A stretch of DNA of 64,000 nt, taken from NCBI GenBank assembly GCA_964035545.1, contig OZ037771.1:631628-695627 (forward strand), given 5' to 3'. Under the pieces are notes generated by a model. That model saw nothing but the letters and a program-made list of their open reading frames with translations, was not told the origin of the DNA and made no database searches. Positions 16,001 through 29,675 of this stretch are shown piece by piece. The DNA is from Bugula neritina. Its lineage: Eukaryota > Animalia > Bryozoa. Made by a program: the position numbers and the translations under genes. Within the stretch, counting starts at the first letter, position 1. Every line of letters starts with the position of its first letter.

Positions 16001-19000
16001 ATATAGATATAGACTAGTATAGTAATAGCTGTGTAATATATACATATATACTAGTATAGTAATAGCTGTGTAATATATACATATAGATTAGTATAGTAAT
16101 AGCTATGTAATATATAGATATAGACTAGTATAGTAATAGCTATGTAATATATACATATAAACTAGTATAGTAATAGCTGTGTAATATATACAGAGTGAAG
16201 AGTTTGGCGATGCTGTAACTGCACTCCGGACGTTTGAGGTTAAGTGTACCTCCTACAAAAGAGATACTAGAAGGGTAAGTACGACGTATTTCTATGAGTC
16301 ATACATTGTACTTGCTGTCTTAGAGTTATCACCACATTGCGGCAGAACTGAGGCAAGTTTCTCTTTCAACTCGTAGATGTCTCAGCCACACCTGATAAAG
16401 CTGAGGTCAAGGTTACCATCCGAAGACTCGGTGCAGTCTCTACAGTTGCCCCCGGTTACAAGGTCACGCAGGGGTCGCAGTCGCAGTGAACCACCGAGGC
16501 TTGTTCACGATGATATAAGGAGAAGTTTTCACAAGGATTTAAGTAGTGAGTTGCTACATCATCTGTAATATATATTATACAGCTTGTAATATATATTATG
16601 TAGCTTGTAATATATATTATGTAGCTTGTAATGTATATTATACAGCTTGTAATATATATTATACAGCTTGTAATATATATTATACATCTTATAATATATA
16701 TTATACAGCTTGTAATATATATTATACAGCTTGTAATATATATTATACAGCTTGTAATATATATTATACAGCTTGTAATATATATTATACAGCTTGTAAT
16801 ATATATTATGTAGCTTGTAATATATATTATACAGCTTGTAATATATATTATACAGCTTGTAATATATATTATACATCTTGTAATATATATTATACAGCTT
16901 GTAATATACATTATACATCTTGTAATATATATTATACAGCTTGTAATATATATTATACAGCTTGTAATATATATTATACAGCTTGTAATATATATTATAC
17001 AGCTTGTAATATATATTATACAGCTTGTAATATATATTATACAGCTTGTAATATATATTATACAGCTTGTAATATATATTATACAGCTTGTAATATATAT
17101 TATACAGCTTGTAATATATATTATACAGCTTGTAATATATATTATACAGCTTGTAATACAATATATTTTAGAGTTGTGTCCTGGTGTGGGTGACATTGCT
17201 TACCCCTCAGATGCTAGGATGAATAAACAGCTGACTCACGGCAATATCAGAGTAGCTGATCCACTTTGGCACCATGTTACTAATGAACCCGATGAGTTGT
17301 CTTTCCATGTTGGAGACGTGATTATGGTGAGCCGAAACCCCCCTATACATCGTGACGTTGCAGTAAATACTCAGTCTATATGTGTTGGCACTCAGTCTAT
17401 GTGTCTATTGCAGGTCTTGGATATCAGCGACAAGGATTGGTGGTGGGGGCGTAAGACGGGCTCCCCCTCTTCCACAAGCCTCGCTGAAGCAGAAGCTATG
17501 GAGCAGCTCTCTGGCTGGTTCCCTTCTACCTTTGTCAGGGTGAGTCCAGACAAGTCTTTCTTACTTCTGGCAGAATACTCTGATAATTTGGATTTATCCT
17601 CTCCTTGGTGCCACAAGTTGCACATGTGCCTAAACTGTCCAATGAGAACGCAGCACTTGTAAGAACAGCCATTGGCTGCTAGGAGAAGCCAAGTCTGCTA
17701 ATACAATGTAGTCTAGAGTAGCACACAGGGCTTAGTCTAGAGTAGTGCACAGGGCTTAGTCTATAGTAGTGCACAGGGCTTAGTCTAGAGTAGTACACAG
17801 GGCTTAGTCTAGAGTATAGCACACAGGGCTTAGTCTAGAGTAGTACACAGGGCTTAGTCTAGAGTATAGCACACAGGGCTTAGTCTAGAGTATAGCACAC
17901 AGGGCTGTAAAGGGTTGATACTGTTTCGTTACTCCACTGGTGAGATGCACTTGAGTGATAAAGTAGCAGCTGGAGATATTACATCAACAACTACACTAAC
18001 CTCTTGTGCTGATAGCAATGCTACTTCTCTCTAGTATACAACTCACCTGCTGAGGGGCTGCCAGCATGTGGTTGCTAGCTGTCACAGGCTTTGCTGTCGC
18101 TGGATATTATATATTTATATGGATATACGAGGCATTCCAAGTGGTATATTGTTACTATTACTATTACTTGTTACTATTCTGCACCATCCTATTATATATA
18201 CACTATGCATCTTACTAATATACTATTACCACTATATTACTGTACTATTACCACTATATTACTGTACTACTACCACTATATTACTGTACTATTACTATTA
18301 TATTATTGTACTATTACTATTATATTACTGTACTATTACTATACTATTACTATTATATTACTGTACTAACAATATACTATTATGTTATTAGATTATACTG
18401 TATCTGAATATACAATATGGAATATCATACAATAATACGGCCAGTACCAAGCAGTACAATCAGACTTGCTTATAGTTTCATTAGAAAATATTCTGTGAAT
18501 TTAGGGGCAGCTTTAAGCACTGAGTTTTCAATTCAGAATTGCTCACAACAAAGACCTGGTGATTGTGTACTGTTTGTGGCAGCTGTGTGCTGTCTTACAT
18601 ATGAGACACAGCATCTGTTTGCTCAGTGAACAGGTGTCCTGCTATAGATCAGACACGTTCAGCAGGTGTCCTCTTCAATCTCACTCAATAATATCAATAT
18701 TTGTTGCTACTGTCCATTGATTGTTGATTAAGTGATGTAGACTGAGCTACAAGGTCTATGCTAGTAGTACTATACTATACTACACCACACCACACCACAC
18801 CACACCACACTACACTGTGTAGATATACTCTGTTTTATTATTGGTCAGAAATTCTCTTCATTTCGGCCATTTCTTTCCAATTGAGGTGTTGAATTTGGAG
18901 AGTATATTCCACTAGCATTCCACAGGGAATTCCGTGACCTAGTTATGTAAAACAGTAGTCAGCTGTAAGGATTCAAACCAGTAATATATGTAGCAGGTTC

Positions 19001-22000
19001 TTAATCTAGTGTATAGTTTATATGTTACAGTGTATAGTTTATATGATATAGTGTATAGTTTATATTATACAGTGTATAGTTTATATTAGTGTATAGTTTA
19101 TATTATAGTGTATAGTTTATATTACAGTGTATAGTTTATATGATACAGTGTATAGTTTATATGATAGTGTATAGTTTATATGATATAGTGTATAGTTTAT
19201 ATGATACAGTGTATAGTTTATATTATAGTGTATAGTTTATATTATAGTGTATAGTTTATATGATAGTAATAGAGTGATGCTGTGTTATCAGCTGCTATAG
19301 TCTGTAGTTGGCTAGCTGCTGTCTTCTAGTTAAAGGAAACCCTAAGTTGTTTGCTGACATTAATTGCCTCATTGCTGACTGCGTGTTTACAATATTGTAT
19401 ACTCCTCTCTGAACAGAGTAGATACTATAACAGAGTAGATAGTATAACAGAGTAGATACTACAACAGAGTAGATACTACAACAGAGTAGATACTATTACA
19501 GAGTAGATACTACAACAGAGTAGATAGTATAACAGAGTAGATGCTATAACAGAGTAGATACTATAACAGAGTAGATACTATAACAGAGTAGATACTATAA
19601 CAGAGTAGATACTACAACAGAGTAGATACTATAACAGAGTAGATGCTATAACAGAGTAGATACTATAACAGAGTAGATACTGTAACAGAGTAGATGCTAT
19701 AACAGAGTAGATAGTATAACAGAGTAGATACTACAACAGTTTACTGTTAGAAGTTGTTTTTGGCCTCAGGAGAACAAGTGTCTGCTACTAACTATGAATA
19801 TTTATATATATACTCTAACTACAATGCCTACTTCACACATTCTAGTGTATTGTATTGTTGCACTGTATTACTGTATTGTATCATTGTATTGTGTAGCAAT
19901 ATGATTATACTGTAATGTGTTTTACTCACTATTATTATAAGTTACAGACTGTTAAACAATGAACTCCTTTATGTGGAGGTAACTTGTTGCGGTCTCATTG
20001 TAGATGTTAAATAATGCAGAATAGGTTAACTGGATATGCAAATTTTCATATAGTTGTTTGGACAAAATAGCTGATAGATGTAAACATATGCGAGCACTCT
20101 GTTATCTAAACCCACTAGTTTATATAGCAGTGTGTGGATAAGACCGTGCTATATAACTGTATCAAATATGCATCCATTCTAAAAAATCAATGAAAATTCA
20201 ATTTGCCGAGCAACTAAAATGTGTCAGAGTATTTGAAAGTTGAGTTGTGATTGGCTGATATTGCAGCTGAGAGCCAATCAGGACATTACTACTGATGAGT
20301 TACTTGAAGACATGAAGCAAGGAACTCTAGACACGGCCAGTGTGGTACAGCATTACCAGAATACCCTGCTGAGTAGAGATCAAGCCAGGTGTAATGTCGT
20401 GAATGAGATTATCACAGCAGAGAGAGACTATGTCAGACACCTCAAGGATATAGTAGAGGTCAGTGTGTGTATTTACTGTAGAGGTTGTTGTGTGTGTAGT
20501 GTGACAGTGTAGTGTGACTGTGTAGTGTGACAGTATAGTGTGACAGTGTGATCTCTACATGCCAAGCTATATATGACTGACAGGGGTTCATAGACAAGTG
20601 CAAGGAGAGGGAAGACATGTTCACTGAGCTACAGATACAAGTTATATTTGGTAACGTAGCGGAGATCTACGACATGGCACGGGCCTTCCTAGACAAACTC
20701 GAGCTCTGCGTGTCTCAGTGCGAGTCTGTACATCTGGCGACTATTGGCAGGTGCTTTCTGGAATACGTAAGTACAACTACTACTACACCTGCCTGCATCT
20801 CTACACCTGCCTGCATCTCTATATACCTACCTACATCTACCTCTACTTACCTGCCTCTACTTACCTGCCTCTACTTACCTAATCACATTGCAGAGTATTT
20901 ACAGCATGAGTATTATAAGATATATAGCTGATGACCCTTAATTGCATTCTGATTTGCTCTTCTGTGTAGTCTATATACACATTATCATGTGTAATCTACG
21001 TTATACTACTCTGTACTCTACAGTATAATAGTATGTAATGCACTTCTTATTACCTCATCAACCTCCCCCAGCTGTCTAGCAATTAACTATCTCATTACTC
21101 TCCCTACTGCAGTTATCAACATTACTATCTGATAAACTCTCCCACTCTAGTATATAACCATTATTCACCTCCTGTTGCAACTTTGGTCGAAATAATGCAT
21201 GGCCCCACTGTTCTGTTAACACTAAAAGGTTCAAACACACTTCTGCTGCCCTAAAATGCAACTCAACTGTCTACCCCACATCCTGTTGTACGTTATACTT
21301 GCCGTATAAAGTAACTGCTTGTATCTTTCACCAGAAACAAGACTTTGAGATATACTCTGCGTACTGCAACAACCACCCTAGAGGCCTGAGACAGCTCCAA
21401 CAGTTGAAGAACGACTCCAAATATATTCATTTCTTTGAGGTGAGACAATTCCCTAAACCACCTGCTATCAGCTGACACTGTGTGTGTTTGCCTGTGCTGG
21501 GTAATTAGCAAGTATCGGGTATTCTCCCAGTAGTCATATTTATATAGTCGACATACAATCACTTGTTTCTTTTTGTTGTTTGTTTGTGTGAAAAACTTGT
21601 AGAGATTGCTGTTTCACCTGCTATGAAGTTGTATCTACATGAAGTTGTATCTACATGTAGTTGTGTTTATACTGAATTTACTTATTCACGTTGTGTACCG
21701 ACAGGCATGCAGACTGCTGCAGAACATGATAGAGTTACCACTTGACGGATTCCTTCTCACTCCGATACAGAAGATCTGTAAATATCCCCTGCAGCTGGCC
21801 GAGTTACTCAAATATACTCACACTACGCATGGCGACCATGACTCACTACAGGTATTTATAGTGATAGTTAGTAGTACTGGTAGTGATAGTTACTAGTACT
21901 GGTAGTGATAGTTGCTAGTACTGGTAGTGATAGTTACTAGTACTGGTAGTGATAGTTCCTAGTACTGGTAGTGATGGTTACTAGTACTGGTAGTGATGGT

Positions 22001-23949
22001 TACTAGTACTCATAGTGATAGTCACAAAGATGCGTCTGTAATAGAGAATTATATAATGTATTATAGTAGAAAGTAATATAATATAATGAAGAGTAATATA
22101 ATGTGGTATAACATAAGATAGATAGATACTGTATAAGTTAGAGCTCCCTGTTAGTCTGAGTTCTCACTGTTAGTCTGGGTTCTCACTGTTAGTCTGAGTT
22201 CTTACTGTTAGTCTGTGTTCTCACTGTTAGTCTGAGTTCTCCCTGTTAGTCTGAGTTCTCACTGTTAGTTTGGGTTCTCACTACAGCAAGCCTTGTATTC
22301 CATGAAAGACATGGCGATGTTAATCAATGAGAGAAAGAGAAAGTTGGAGAGTATACAGAAAGTGATGGAGTGGCAAGGCACAGTTGATGACTGGCAGGTG
22401 AATTGTATACTTACTAAATGATGTACAGTGTGCCCTGGCAGTAGTGTTTCTACTAGGTCTATTGTATATTTAGCCTACTATATGATGTACAGTGTGTGCC
22501 CTGGAAGTAGTGTGCCTATTAGGTCTATTATACACTGCACTAATATATATTGTTGTAAACTCAGGGTGAGGATATGTTAACTCACAGCTCAGAACTCATA
22601 CATTCCGGTGAACTATCGAAGCTGTCGTCTGCTGGTAGACTAACTGACAGACATTTCTTCCTCTTTGATCATCAGCTGATTCAGTGTAAGAAGGAGCTGC
22701 TCAAAAAGTGTCTGATATACAAGTCTAGGATCAACCTGGACACCCACTCAGTAGTGTCAGTCAAAGATGGCAAAGGTTAGTCACTTGCGGGTACTGCTTC
22801 TACGTGTCACAGAAAAGTTTTCATGTATCAGCTGTAACCATGGGACTCCCTGATTTACTGCAGTGACTCAAATTTCAATATTTACAGCTTTTCTCTTACT
22901 ATTTTCATTAAAAAGTTCTTTAATTTTATGGATAGCTCTCCCAATTGATTTTACAAAAATTTTGCCCATTTTTCACTACCCAAATGATGACAGTTATTAC
23001 TGAAGTTTAGTTCATGTTTTGTTGCTGCAACACGAGTCGGTTGCGAACTCATTCAGATTAACAGTTTTTCTAAACGTTTGATTTTTCAGCTTTACTGATT
23101 CTCAATCTGATCAAAATGTCTATTTAGCAAATTACTAATCGCTATATTAAATAATATGGAGTTGTCTGCTTAAATATGCATCTTGTAAGGAGTGGACAAC
23201 TCTAACTTATCACTCTGCTGAATATATATTTTACAGCCCATACCTCCAGCATTAATGTGAAGAATGCATTCGAGGTCAGGAACGAAAATGGAGTTGCAGT
23301 TTTGTCACTTTGTGCAAAGACATCTAGTGAAAAAGAAAAATGGCTGAAATGCTTTGGAAAAGAGAGACAAATAGTACAAAAGGATAGAGAAAGTGGTAAG
23401 TTCAACTCTTGACAGTTTTAAATAGTGTGTCTAATAATAATGACAACATTTCCAGAATTCAAGTTTATGCAGCAAAGATAACTACTATACCTTGTTGTAA
23501 ATTGTTACATTTGTTTATATTCTGTCATTTGTTCCACCACTACTGTTGAAGCTAAATGGTGTAGATTTAGTAACATGTTCCACCAACTGTGTAGCAGTGT
23601 TACACATTTCAAAATTATTATCTACCTTGTAATAGACTTGCGCATTCATTATTCTCAATCATGTCATTATTTTGTGGATTTATTAAATATATTCTGATGT
23701 AAGGAATTAGACATTTTGTTGTATTGTTTTTCAGGTTTCGTAGTGACTGAAGCACTAAAAGGATTAGCTGAGTTATCAATTAACCAAAAATCATCTAAGC
23801 CTCATAAACTTAACTCAAGTAAATATAATGGGGGCAGTAAGCACATGCCCTTTGTGTACGACAGCAAGGATAGAACCAACAATAACAAGCCAATGAGCAA
23901 ACAGAAATCAATTATTAACAAATTAAAAAGAGCTAGAGTAGTAACTTGA
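4087..23949 (+). CDS. SPATA13: SH3-DH-PH Rho guanine nucleotide exchange factor (SPATA13/ARHGEF4/ARHGEF9 family) with a long low-complexity N-terminus
   Basis: Phase-consistent exons: 4087-4156, 4245-4460, 4590-4727, 4839-4950, 5155-5269, 10762-10804, 11514-(11617 to 11929), 13908-14319, 14713-14935, 16194-16274, 16377-16545, 17172-17326, 17414-17539, 20267-20458, 20584-20766, 21335-21439, 21706-21851, 22287-22397, 22565-22775, 23238-23395, 23735-23949. SH3: ADPLWHHVT...DKDWWWG...[13 protein letters not shown]: [45 protein letters not shown]: [10 protein letters not shown]...[13 protein letters not shown]. The paralog label is uncertain and joining of the first five exons is inferred. Confidence 0.88.
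8535..9095. repeat. About 22-24-bp minisatellite (CACTCTAGTGTAACTCTCACTCA)
   Basis: Tandem array in the long GEF intron. Confidence 0.95.
10817..11135. repeat. 21-bp minisatellite (ATAATATGCAGATATGTTTAT)
   Basis: Tandem array; it explains several spurious ORFs. Confidence 0.95.
11590..11933 (+). repeat. 39-bp in-frame tandem repeat ([13 protein letters not shown], about 9 copies), each unit containing a 5' splice site
   Basis: Unit ACAGCTTCACCAACCAATCAACACTCAG|GTAAGAACAGT. Confidence 0.93.
12408..13420. repeat. Compound TAGTGTAAGTATA-based minisatellite
   Basis: Tandem variant units. Confidence 0.95.
13634..13883. repeat. 21-bp minisatellite (CTGCTGACTCTACAGTTATTA)
   Basis: Tandem array just upstream of the acceptor at 13907. 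Confidence 0.93.
14326..14590. repeat. TAGTAATA/CAGTAATA low-complexity repeat
   Basis: Tandem units of about 8 bp after the donor at 14320. Confidence 0.9.
15133..16193. repeat. 37-bp minisatellite (AGTAATAGCTATGTAATATATACATATAGACTAGTAT)
   Basis: About 28 copies; the last unit supplies the acceptor AG of the next exon. Confidence 0.96.
16560..17165. repeat. 21-bp minisatellite (TTGTAATATATATTATACAGC)
   Basis: Fills almost the whole intron. Confidence 0.96.
17708..17906. repeat. About 24-bp minisatellite (TAGTCTAGAGTAGTACACAGGGCT)
   Basis: Tandem array. Confidence 0.9.
19008..19740. repeat. Two adjacent minisatellites (AGTGTATAGTTTATAT at 19008-19265; AACAGAGTAGATACTAT at 19412-19740)
   Basis: Tandem arrays. 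Confidence 0.92.
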
Positions 23950-24514
23950 CAGACAGTTCCTTTCTAATTATATGCCGCACATTACTTGTATTACTGCTTC
24001 AAAAGTGGTGAATCAGATTTGAAATATTTTATGACGCATTTAGTTTTGAAAACTGTATTTATATGTATATAATTTTATTTATAGTAACCACTTATTTTTT
24101 GCTATTGATTTTTTATTAAACTGTACAGGTGAAATGAATCAACGAAGTTATTAGTGAAATACCACAATAAAAACTAATTCACTACAGATGGGTCTTTATT
24201 TATATTATTTGTGTGTTTATTATGAACTAAAATTATTAGAATTACAATACAGCAAAACACTTTTACACATGGGATATAGGAGTACAGAATAGGGTAATTT
24301 ACACATATACATGGTTAGTTTGTTACAGGGTATTCCAAGTGTGTTTCGGAGACCAGAAATTTGTTGAAAACTGTTGAGATGGATCCAACTTCACCTAAAC
24401 GACGAGAAAAGAAACATAGTTAACCAGTACCAGAGAGAAGCTCAATTATGCAGCAGAACGATGAAGCAGAAGGGTACATAGTAATGCAATGCTGAAAGTA
24501 ACTTACGAGACATG

Positions 24515-25906
24515 TTAGTATCGACCTCTGCTGCGGCTTCTACTTCTGCTGTCCCGGTGACCTCTTGACCTACTTCTGCTCCTTGAGCGCCCTCTATATC
24601 TATCACGGCTACGACTCCTCGAACGTCTACAAGTATACAACTCTGTGACAGACTGCACTCTGCTAACTATTGCTAGGACACAAGACATTTCAGCTTCCAA
24701 TTAACTGGGCTGGTCTACTTGAACCTGATTGGACAAACACTTTCTTACTAGTATTTACAAGTATGTCAGGTAAAACAGGAAGAGGTTACCTAATGTGATG
24801 ACACTTTGTTGTGGGAAGATTATCAGACCTGTTGAATTATTCAATACTCGGGTGAGCAGTGTTGTTTGTTGAGGCATACTTAAAATAATAACTGCTGATT
24901 CAGTGAGTGTAAAACAATCTAAGAGGTGAGAGAGCGAGCGTTGAGTAGTTATCATGTGTGTGCATGTCAATTTTGAACAAAACTAGCCAACATTCTGCGA
25001 CTGGTGTTGGTTGATTAAATGACTGCTGACTGACAGACATATTGTTTCTCTATCCACCACTGATGAAAGGGGTGTGAGCATGTGGGGGGTTTCACAAGAG
25101 TTGCAGCAGTGTAAGCAGTCAGCCATGTTGAAGGGTAGTTGAAGAATGATGTAATGTTGATCATTCAGTCAACTGAAAGACGAAGGAAGACAATTAAATA
25201 AATATATATAAACTGTAATCTAACTTTTCTAGAGAACATAAAGTGCAAAGAAACAATTTTGTACAACTGAACACCTGAAGGACAAATTAGCAGGCATTAC
25301 CTTCTTCCCATGCTGCCACCTCCATTTCTACAGTCGTAGGCATAATGTCCTCTCTCCCCACACTTGTAGCACTCGTCATTAGGGTCAAAAGGTCGTCCAC
25401 CACCAGGTCTACCTCTATCATATCTGGGGGGTGGACCCCTGCCTCTTCCTCCATATCCATAACCGTCATCCCAAGGTTTAGTTCTCTTCTTACCAGAGGA
25501 CGGCTCTACTCTCACTCTACTACCACAGATGGTTCTGCAATGAGCCATGACAAGCATCAGAGCGAGACAACTCCCTAGAGCCGGTAAGTACTACACCAGA
25601 GGCTGACTACTCACTTGCCATCCAGCCCGGCGATTGCATCATCAGCGTCTCGAGAATCTTCAAACTCCACAAAAGCAAAGCCCGGTGGATTTCTAGCAAC
25701 CCAAACACTCTTCAGTCTAAAAGTAAAAAGAACATAGACCATGCTATTCATACCCGAAAAAATGACCCAATAATTGACATAATAAATATATATCGATATG
25801 CACACCGGCCATAGTAGCTGAATTCTCTTTCGATCTCTTTTTCAGTGGCATCAGTTGCTAGGTCTCCAATGTATACTTTACAAGATAGGTCAGCACCTCT
25901 GGACAT
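24515..25906 (-). CDS. SRSF7: Serine/arginine-rich splicing factor 7 (9G8)/SRSF3-like: RRM, CCHC zinc knuckle and RS domain
   Basis: Exons 25906-25806, 25716-25615, 25534-25301 and 24626-24515 give [16 protein letters not shown]...[25 protein letters not shown]...ICGSRVRVE...[16 protein letters not shown]...RSRSRS. The zinc knuckle favours SRSF7. Confidence 0.95.
24790..25172 (-). other. Candidate poison (NMD-inducing) cassette exon of SRSF7
   Basis: Strong acceptor TCTTCCTTCGTCTTTCAG|TTGA, donor CATTAG|GTAACC, and an immediate in-frame TGA. Same intron position as the known SRSF3/SRSF7 poison exons. Confidence 0.65.
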
Positions 25907-27602
25907 CTTGCATGCCTTTTGTTCAATTACCAATACTAGTTATTAGTAGATCTGAAAAATTGTTTCAAACAAGTCATGTGTGAAAAAATATTACAACCTG
26001 AAAGAGTATTAAATTAAACAGAAAATCAACTTCTAATGACTTTTCAATTCTTGGTATAGTTTATAAATGAGCATTACGTGGTAGGCTACTCTAGATTTAC
26101 TGATTAAAACAAAAGCACAAATATGAAATATCAAAATGGTTTCCATAAAAATGATAAAACCTAATTCATTGACATTGATTCAGGCAAATAAATTGCAAAA
26201 TTCTATGACGATGAAATTGAAAAAATATTGGAAAATAAAAGCTCAAGTGAATTTCAAAAATTTCAGAACAGTGTCATTGTGATTGTCATTATCACTAATT
26301 AGTATTACTATTAGTATCACTACTATTAGTATTATCATCCCAGCCACTGACTCTGAGTAATACTAATACTAATAGACTTAGTTTATACTTTATAGCCAAT
26401 AACTTATAGTTATAACTATAAATCATGGTCACTTACTCTTACTCTTACTGATGGCTTAACTCTATAATTATAATACTAATGTCTAATAGTAATAATAGTA
26501 GGAACATTCAACCTTATACTTACTCTTATAGTTATTGGTCAGTCTGATTCAACTGTGAAGTTTAAGGCCAACCCGCCAAGGGCTTAGATTAATAAATTTA
26601 GTTAGTTATTGGTAGTAAACTTAAAGCAAAAATATTATTATTTTATATTTATGAAACTGGAGTTATATTGTTTATTCGTTATTTGTAATTATTTGTTAAA
26701 CTACAACTCTAAAAGTAAAAGTTTAGTTAAAATAACAATTATAGTGATAACAACCTCAACCTGAATCAGTTTGATTTTATTTACATTATGGCGCAGCATA
26801 AGACTCAATAAAATCATTTTTAAAGCAAAATAATATCGATATGAATCGGTTCATAAAATTCAATATAACTATACAGTACAATAATGAACAGTTTTTTTTA
26901 TACATTCAATAAGGAAAACATTAACAATAAAACTCTACCTACCCACCTTGGGCTTGGCCTGCGCCAAAAGTATATCGGCTTGAAAAGATGGAAAAAAGAA
27001 CTTCCGGCTTGTTACTAGCATAGCTTTTTTTTTAAAAAAATTGATGAATTTTTACTTATTTAAAATTACCAATTTACTAAAATAATTTTTAAAATTTTTC
27101 AAAAATAATATTACTAAATCTAATTCTTACAAAATTTCAATCACAAAGTACGAAACTAAAGTACTCTAAGTTAAACTCACAACTGGTGGTAAGAACAAAG
27201 GGCTTTTGTATTGCAATGAAGAAAAATAGGGAAGTTACTTCCTACAATTACAACAGCCATAAATGAAAGCCTAAATGTTGAATTTTGCTATATAGATCTA
27301 CATCTGTTTCATTGCATTATTTTTCTCCAAGTTTTTGTTTGTAAATGAAGGTAAGAATTTTCATTAACTTAAAGTTAAACATTCTGGTTCACATTCACAT
27401 TGTGATTGTGACACTGATTGTCATTGTGATTGTGATTGCCATTGCGATTGTCGTTTACTTTTAGTTTTAATACTAAACTAAAAGTGAAAGTTTTAGTGCT
27501 GAAGATTTGTTATATAACATTTGTTCCTCTTTTAACTTTGAAAAGGTTTTCAATTTATTTAAGTGGCTGTCATTTATAACACTAATACTAATACTTATAC
27601 TA

Positions 27603-29675
27603 GGGGAAGGTGGGGTAAGTTGGGTCAAGGGGCAAGTTGGGTCAGGCTATTTTCTCAAAATCTGTAATGCTAGGAAACTGAATAGTTAGGTCAAGAAGTA
27701 AAGGCTAAACTAAAATAACTTCCTACTACTACTACAACACTATCAAAAAAGAGGTGAGTGAAATATTAGCTAATATCAATATTTTTGCTTCATTTGACAT
27801 TCTGTTCACCAAAACAGTAGACCAAAACTTTGTCATTAAGCATGATGATAGAGTGCTGATGTTTTGTGTCATGAATGCTTAAGTAGTTAGCTTATATTTG
27901 GTGGATTATAAAACTTTCTAAATTAATTTGTTCATGCAAAAATTACATGTTTTACAAAATTGCTGCCAATGGGGCAAGTTGGGTCAAAATTTTGGGGCTA
28001 GTTGGGTCAGTGGTCAGTCACTAAACATAGTGTTAATGTAAATTTATTGTTGCAGATCGTGATACTGGATAATCACTGCTCACATATATCCTTAGAGTCT
28101 GTAACTCTTGCTAAAGAATCAGGAGTTGTTTAACCCACCTTGCCACCACATACTTCACACCGATTACAGTCTCTAGATAGAACTGTTTTCGGTCCAATGA
28201 AAACATACTTCAACAAGGCAATGGATAACTTAATGATAACCTATCCGAACAGGAGCATAAAAGTGCAAGACATTGGCGCCCTAACAAAGCGAGCATTTGG
28301 GCAAAACATGACTGTTGCTAATATAACATCGGGCTTTCGTTCATCTGGCATATTCCTATCAAAAGCAGGCATATTTACCGACGCCGACTATGTTCCAATC
28401 GATGTTACGGATAAACCTCAAAGAGTGATCAATGAGCAAGATGATCTAATTCAACTTAGCCAAGCTCATCTCGGCCATCTTTATTCCAGATTCCAATCTA
28501 CAATCCAAGCACGCCTAGTACTTCTGGTTTATTGGCAGGGGGCTACCTCTCAGGATACTTCTACTTCACTGGTGGTGGCTACCTCTAAGCAGCCTATTAC
28601 CCCGCATGATATTCTTCCCTTACCCAAAGCTGCTCTGCACAAAGATGGAGCACCCGGAAGAAAGCGGGTAAAGACCGTTATACTGATGGACACACCAGAG
28701 AAAGAAAGAATCGAACACGAATGAGCAGATAAGTTGAATAAAGTAAAGGAACGACCTAAGCGTAGGCCTATGGCTATACAGAAAGAGCCAGAATCCTGCA
28801 GTGAAGAAGATGAGCAGAACCATATAGTTCCACTAGAGACAGACAGTGATTCACCATCCGAGGCGAAAGCAGAAGAACAGGATGTGACAGATGTAGAAGA
28901 AGGGGTGTTTGTAGTGGCAAAATACAAAGGAAAACGTTCAACCATAGGCTTTGTTGGAATGGTGGTTGGCAAGGATGAAGGAGATTGGAGATTGGACTTT
29001 TACAAAAAGACTCCACAGGGCACATTCTCTAAGCCATCATAGCCAAACATTTATGCAGTGGAGGCTGAGCAAATTGTTAGAGTGCTGGGGGCACCTGTCT
29101 CAACTGGAACAACTGTTCTAACTATAGGCTGTGTTAGTTTGGGCAACAAACTAGATGGCATGGGCATTGAGTCGAGTTAGTTTTCTTGATGCCTTTATTA
29201 AATAAAAATAATAGCCCCAAGCAGATTTGGTTTACTTCTTCGTCCATTCCCAGAGTCTAAACTCAAATAATCTCACTAACTTAAATGATGACTGGGGGCC
29301 TATGTTACAAACTTTGTATGTTTTTCTCAAACTAATATGCCGTTAATCATTACTCAGACCTAATGAACATTAATAAACTGAATTTATTTCAGTGATATGT
29401 TAGATGCCATAGTAATGAAATAGCGACCCAACTTGCCCCATTTGTTTTTGGTGGTGACCCAACTTACCCCTCATGCGGGGTAAGTTGGGTCAGAAGAAAG
29501 GTTTTACGGTATTATCTGTAGCTGACTAAATGTTGGTGTTGCCTCAAAATAAAATTGGGCTATTGTAGGTAACATGTTAATCTATCTTTATGACAAACAG
29601 TTTGATATTTACATGCTTAGATTGGCCACAATATTAAAAAAACCAATTTTTGACCCAACTTACCCCGCCTTCCCC
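27603..29675 (+). mobile_element. pogo/Tigger-type (Tc1/mariner superfamily) DNA transposon, internally deleted
   Basis: 26-bp TIRs GGGGAAGGYGGGGTAAGTTGGGTCAA (1 mismatch), TA on both sides, subterminal GGGGCAAGTTGGGTCA repeats and a DDE_1-type transposase remnant. Confidence 0.92.
28056..29180 (+). pseudogene. Disrupted pogo-family DDE transposase (C-terminal half)
   Basis: IVILDNHCSHIS...LPPHTSHRLQSLDRTVFGPMK...NITSGFRSSGIF, with in-frame stops near 28131, 28722 and 29040. The N-terminal HTH region is missing. Confidence 0.85.

Noticed and set aside
10687-17196. Long ORFs such as (IICRYVY)n, (YITSCII)n and (YTIHYII)n
   Set aside because: They are translations of intronic minisatellites that happen to be stop-free in several frames.
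25275-25300. 26-nt GT...CAG mini-intron after SRSF7 exon 3
   Set aside because: Too short for normal spliceosomal removal; the acceptor at 25173 is stronger.
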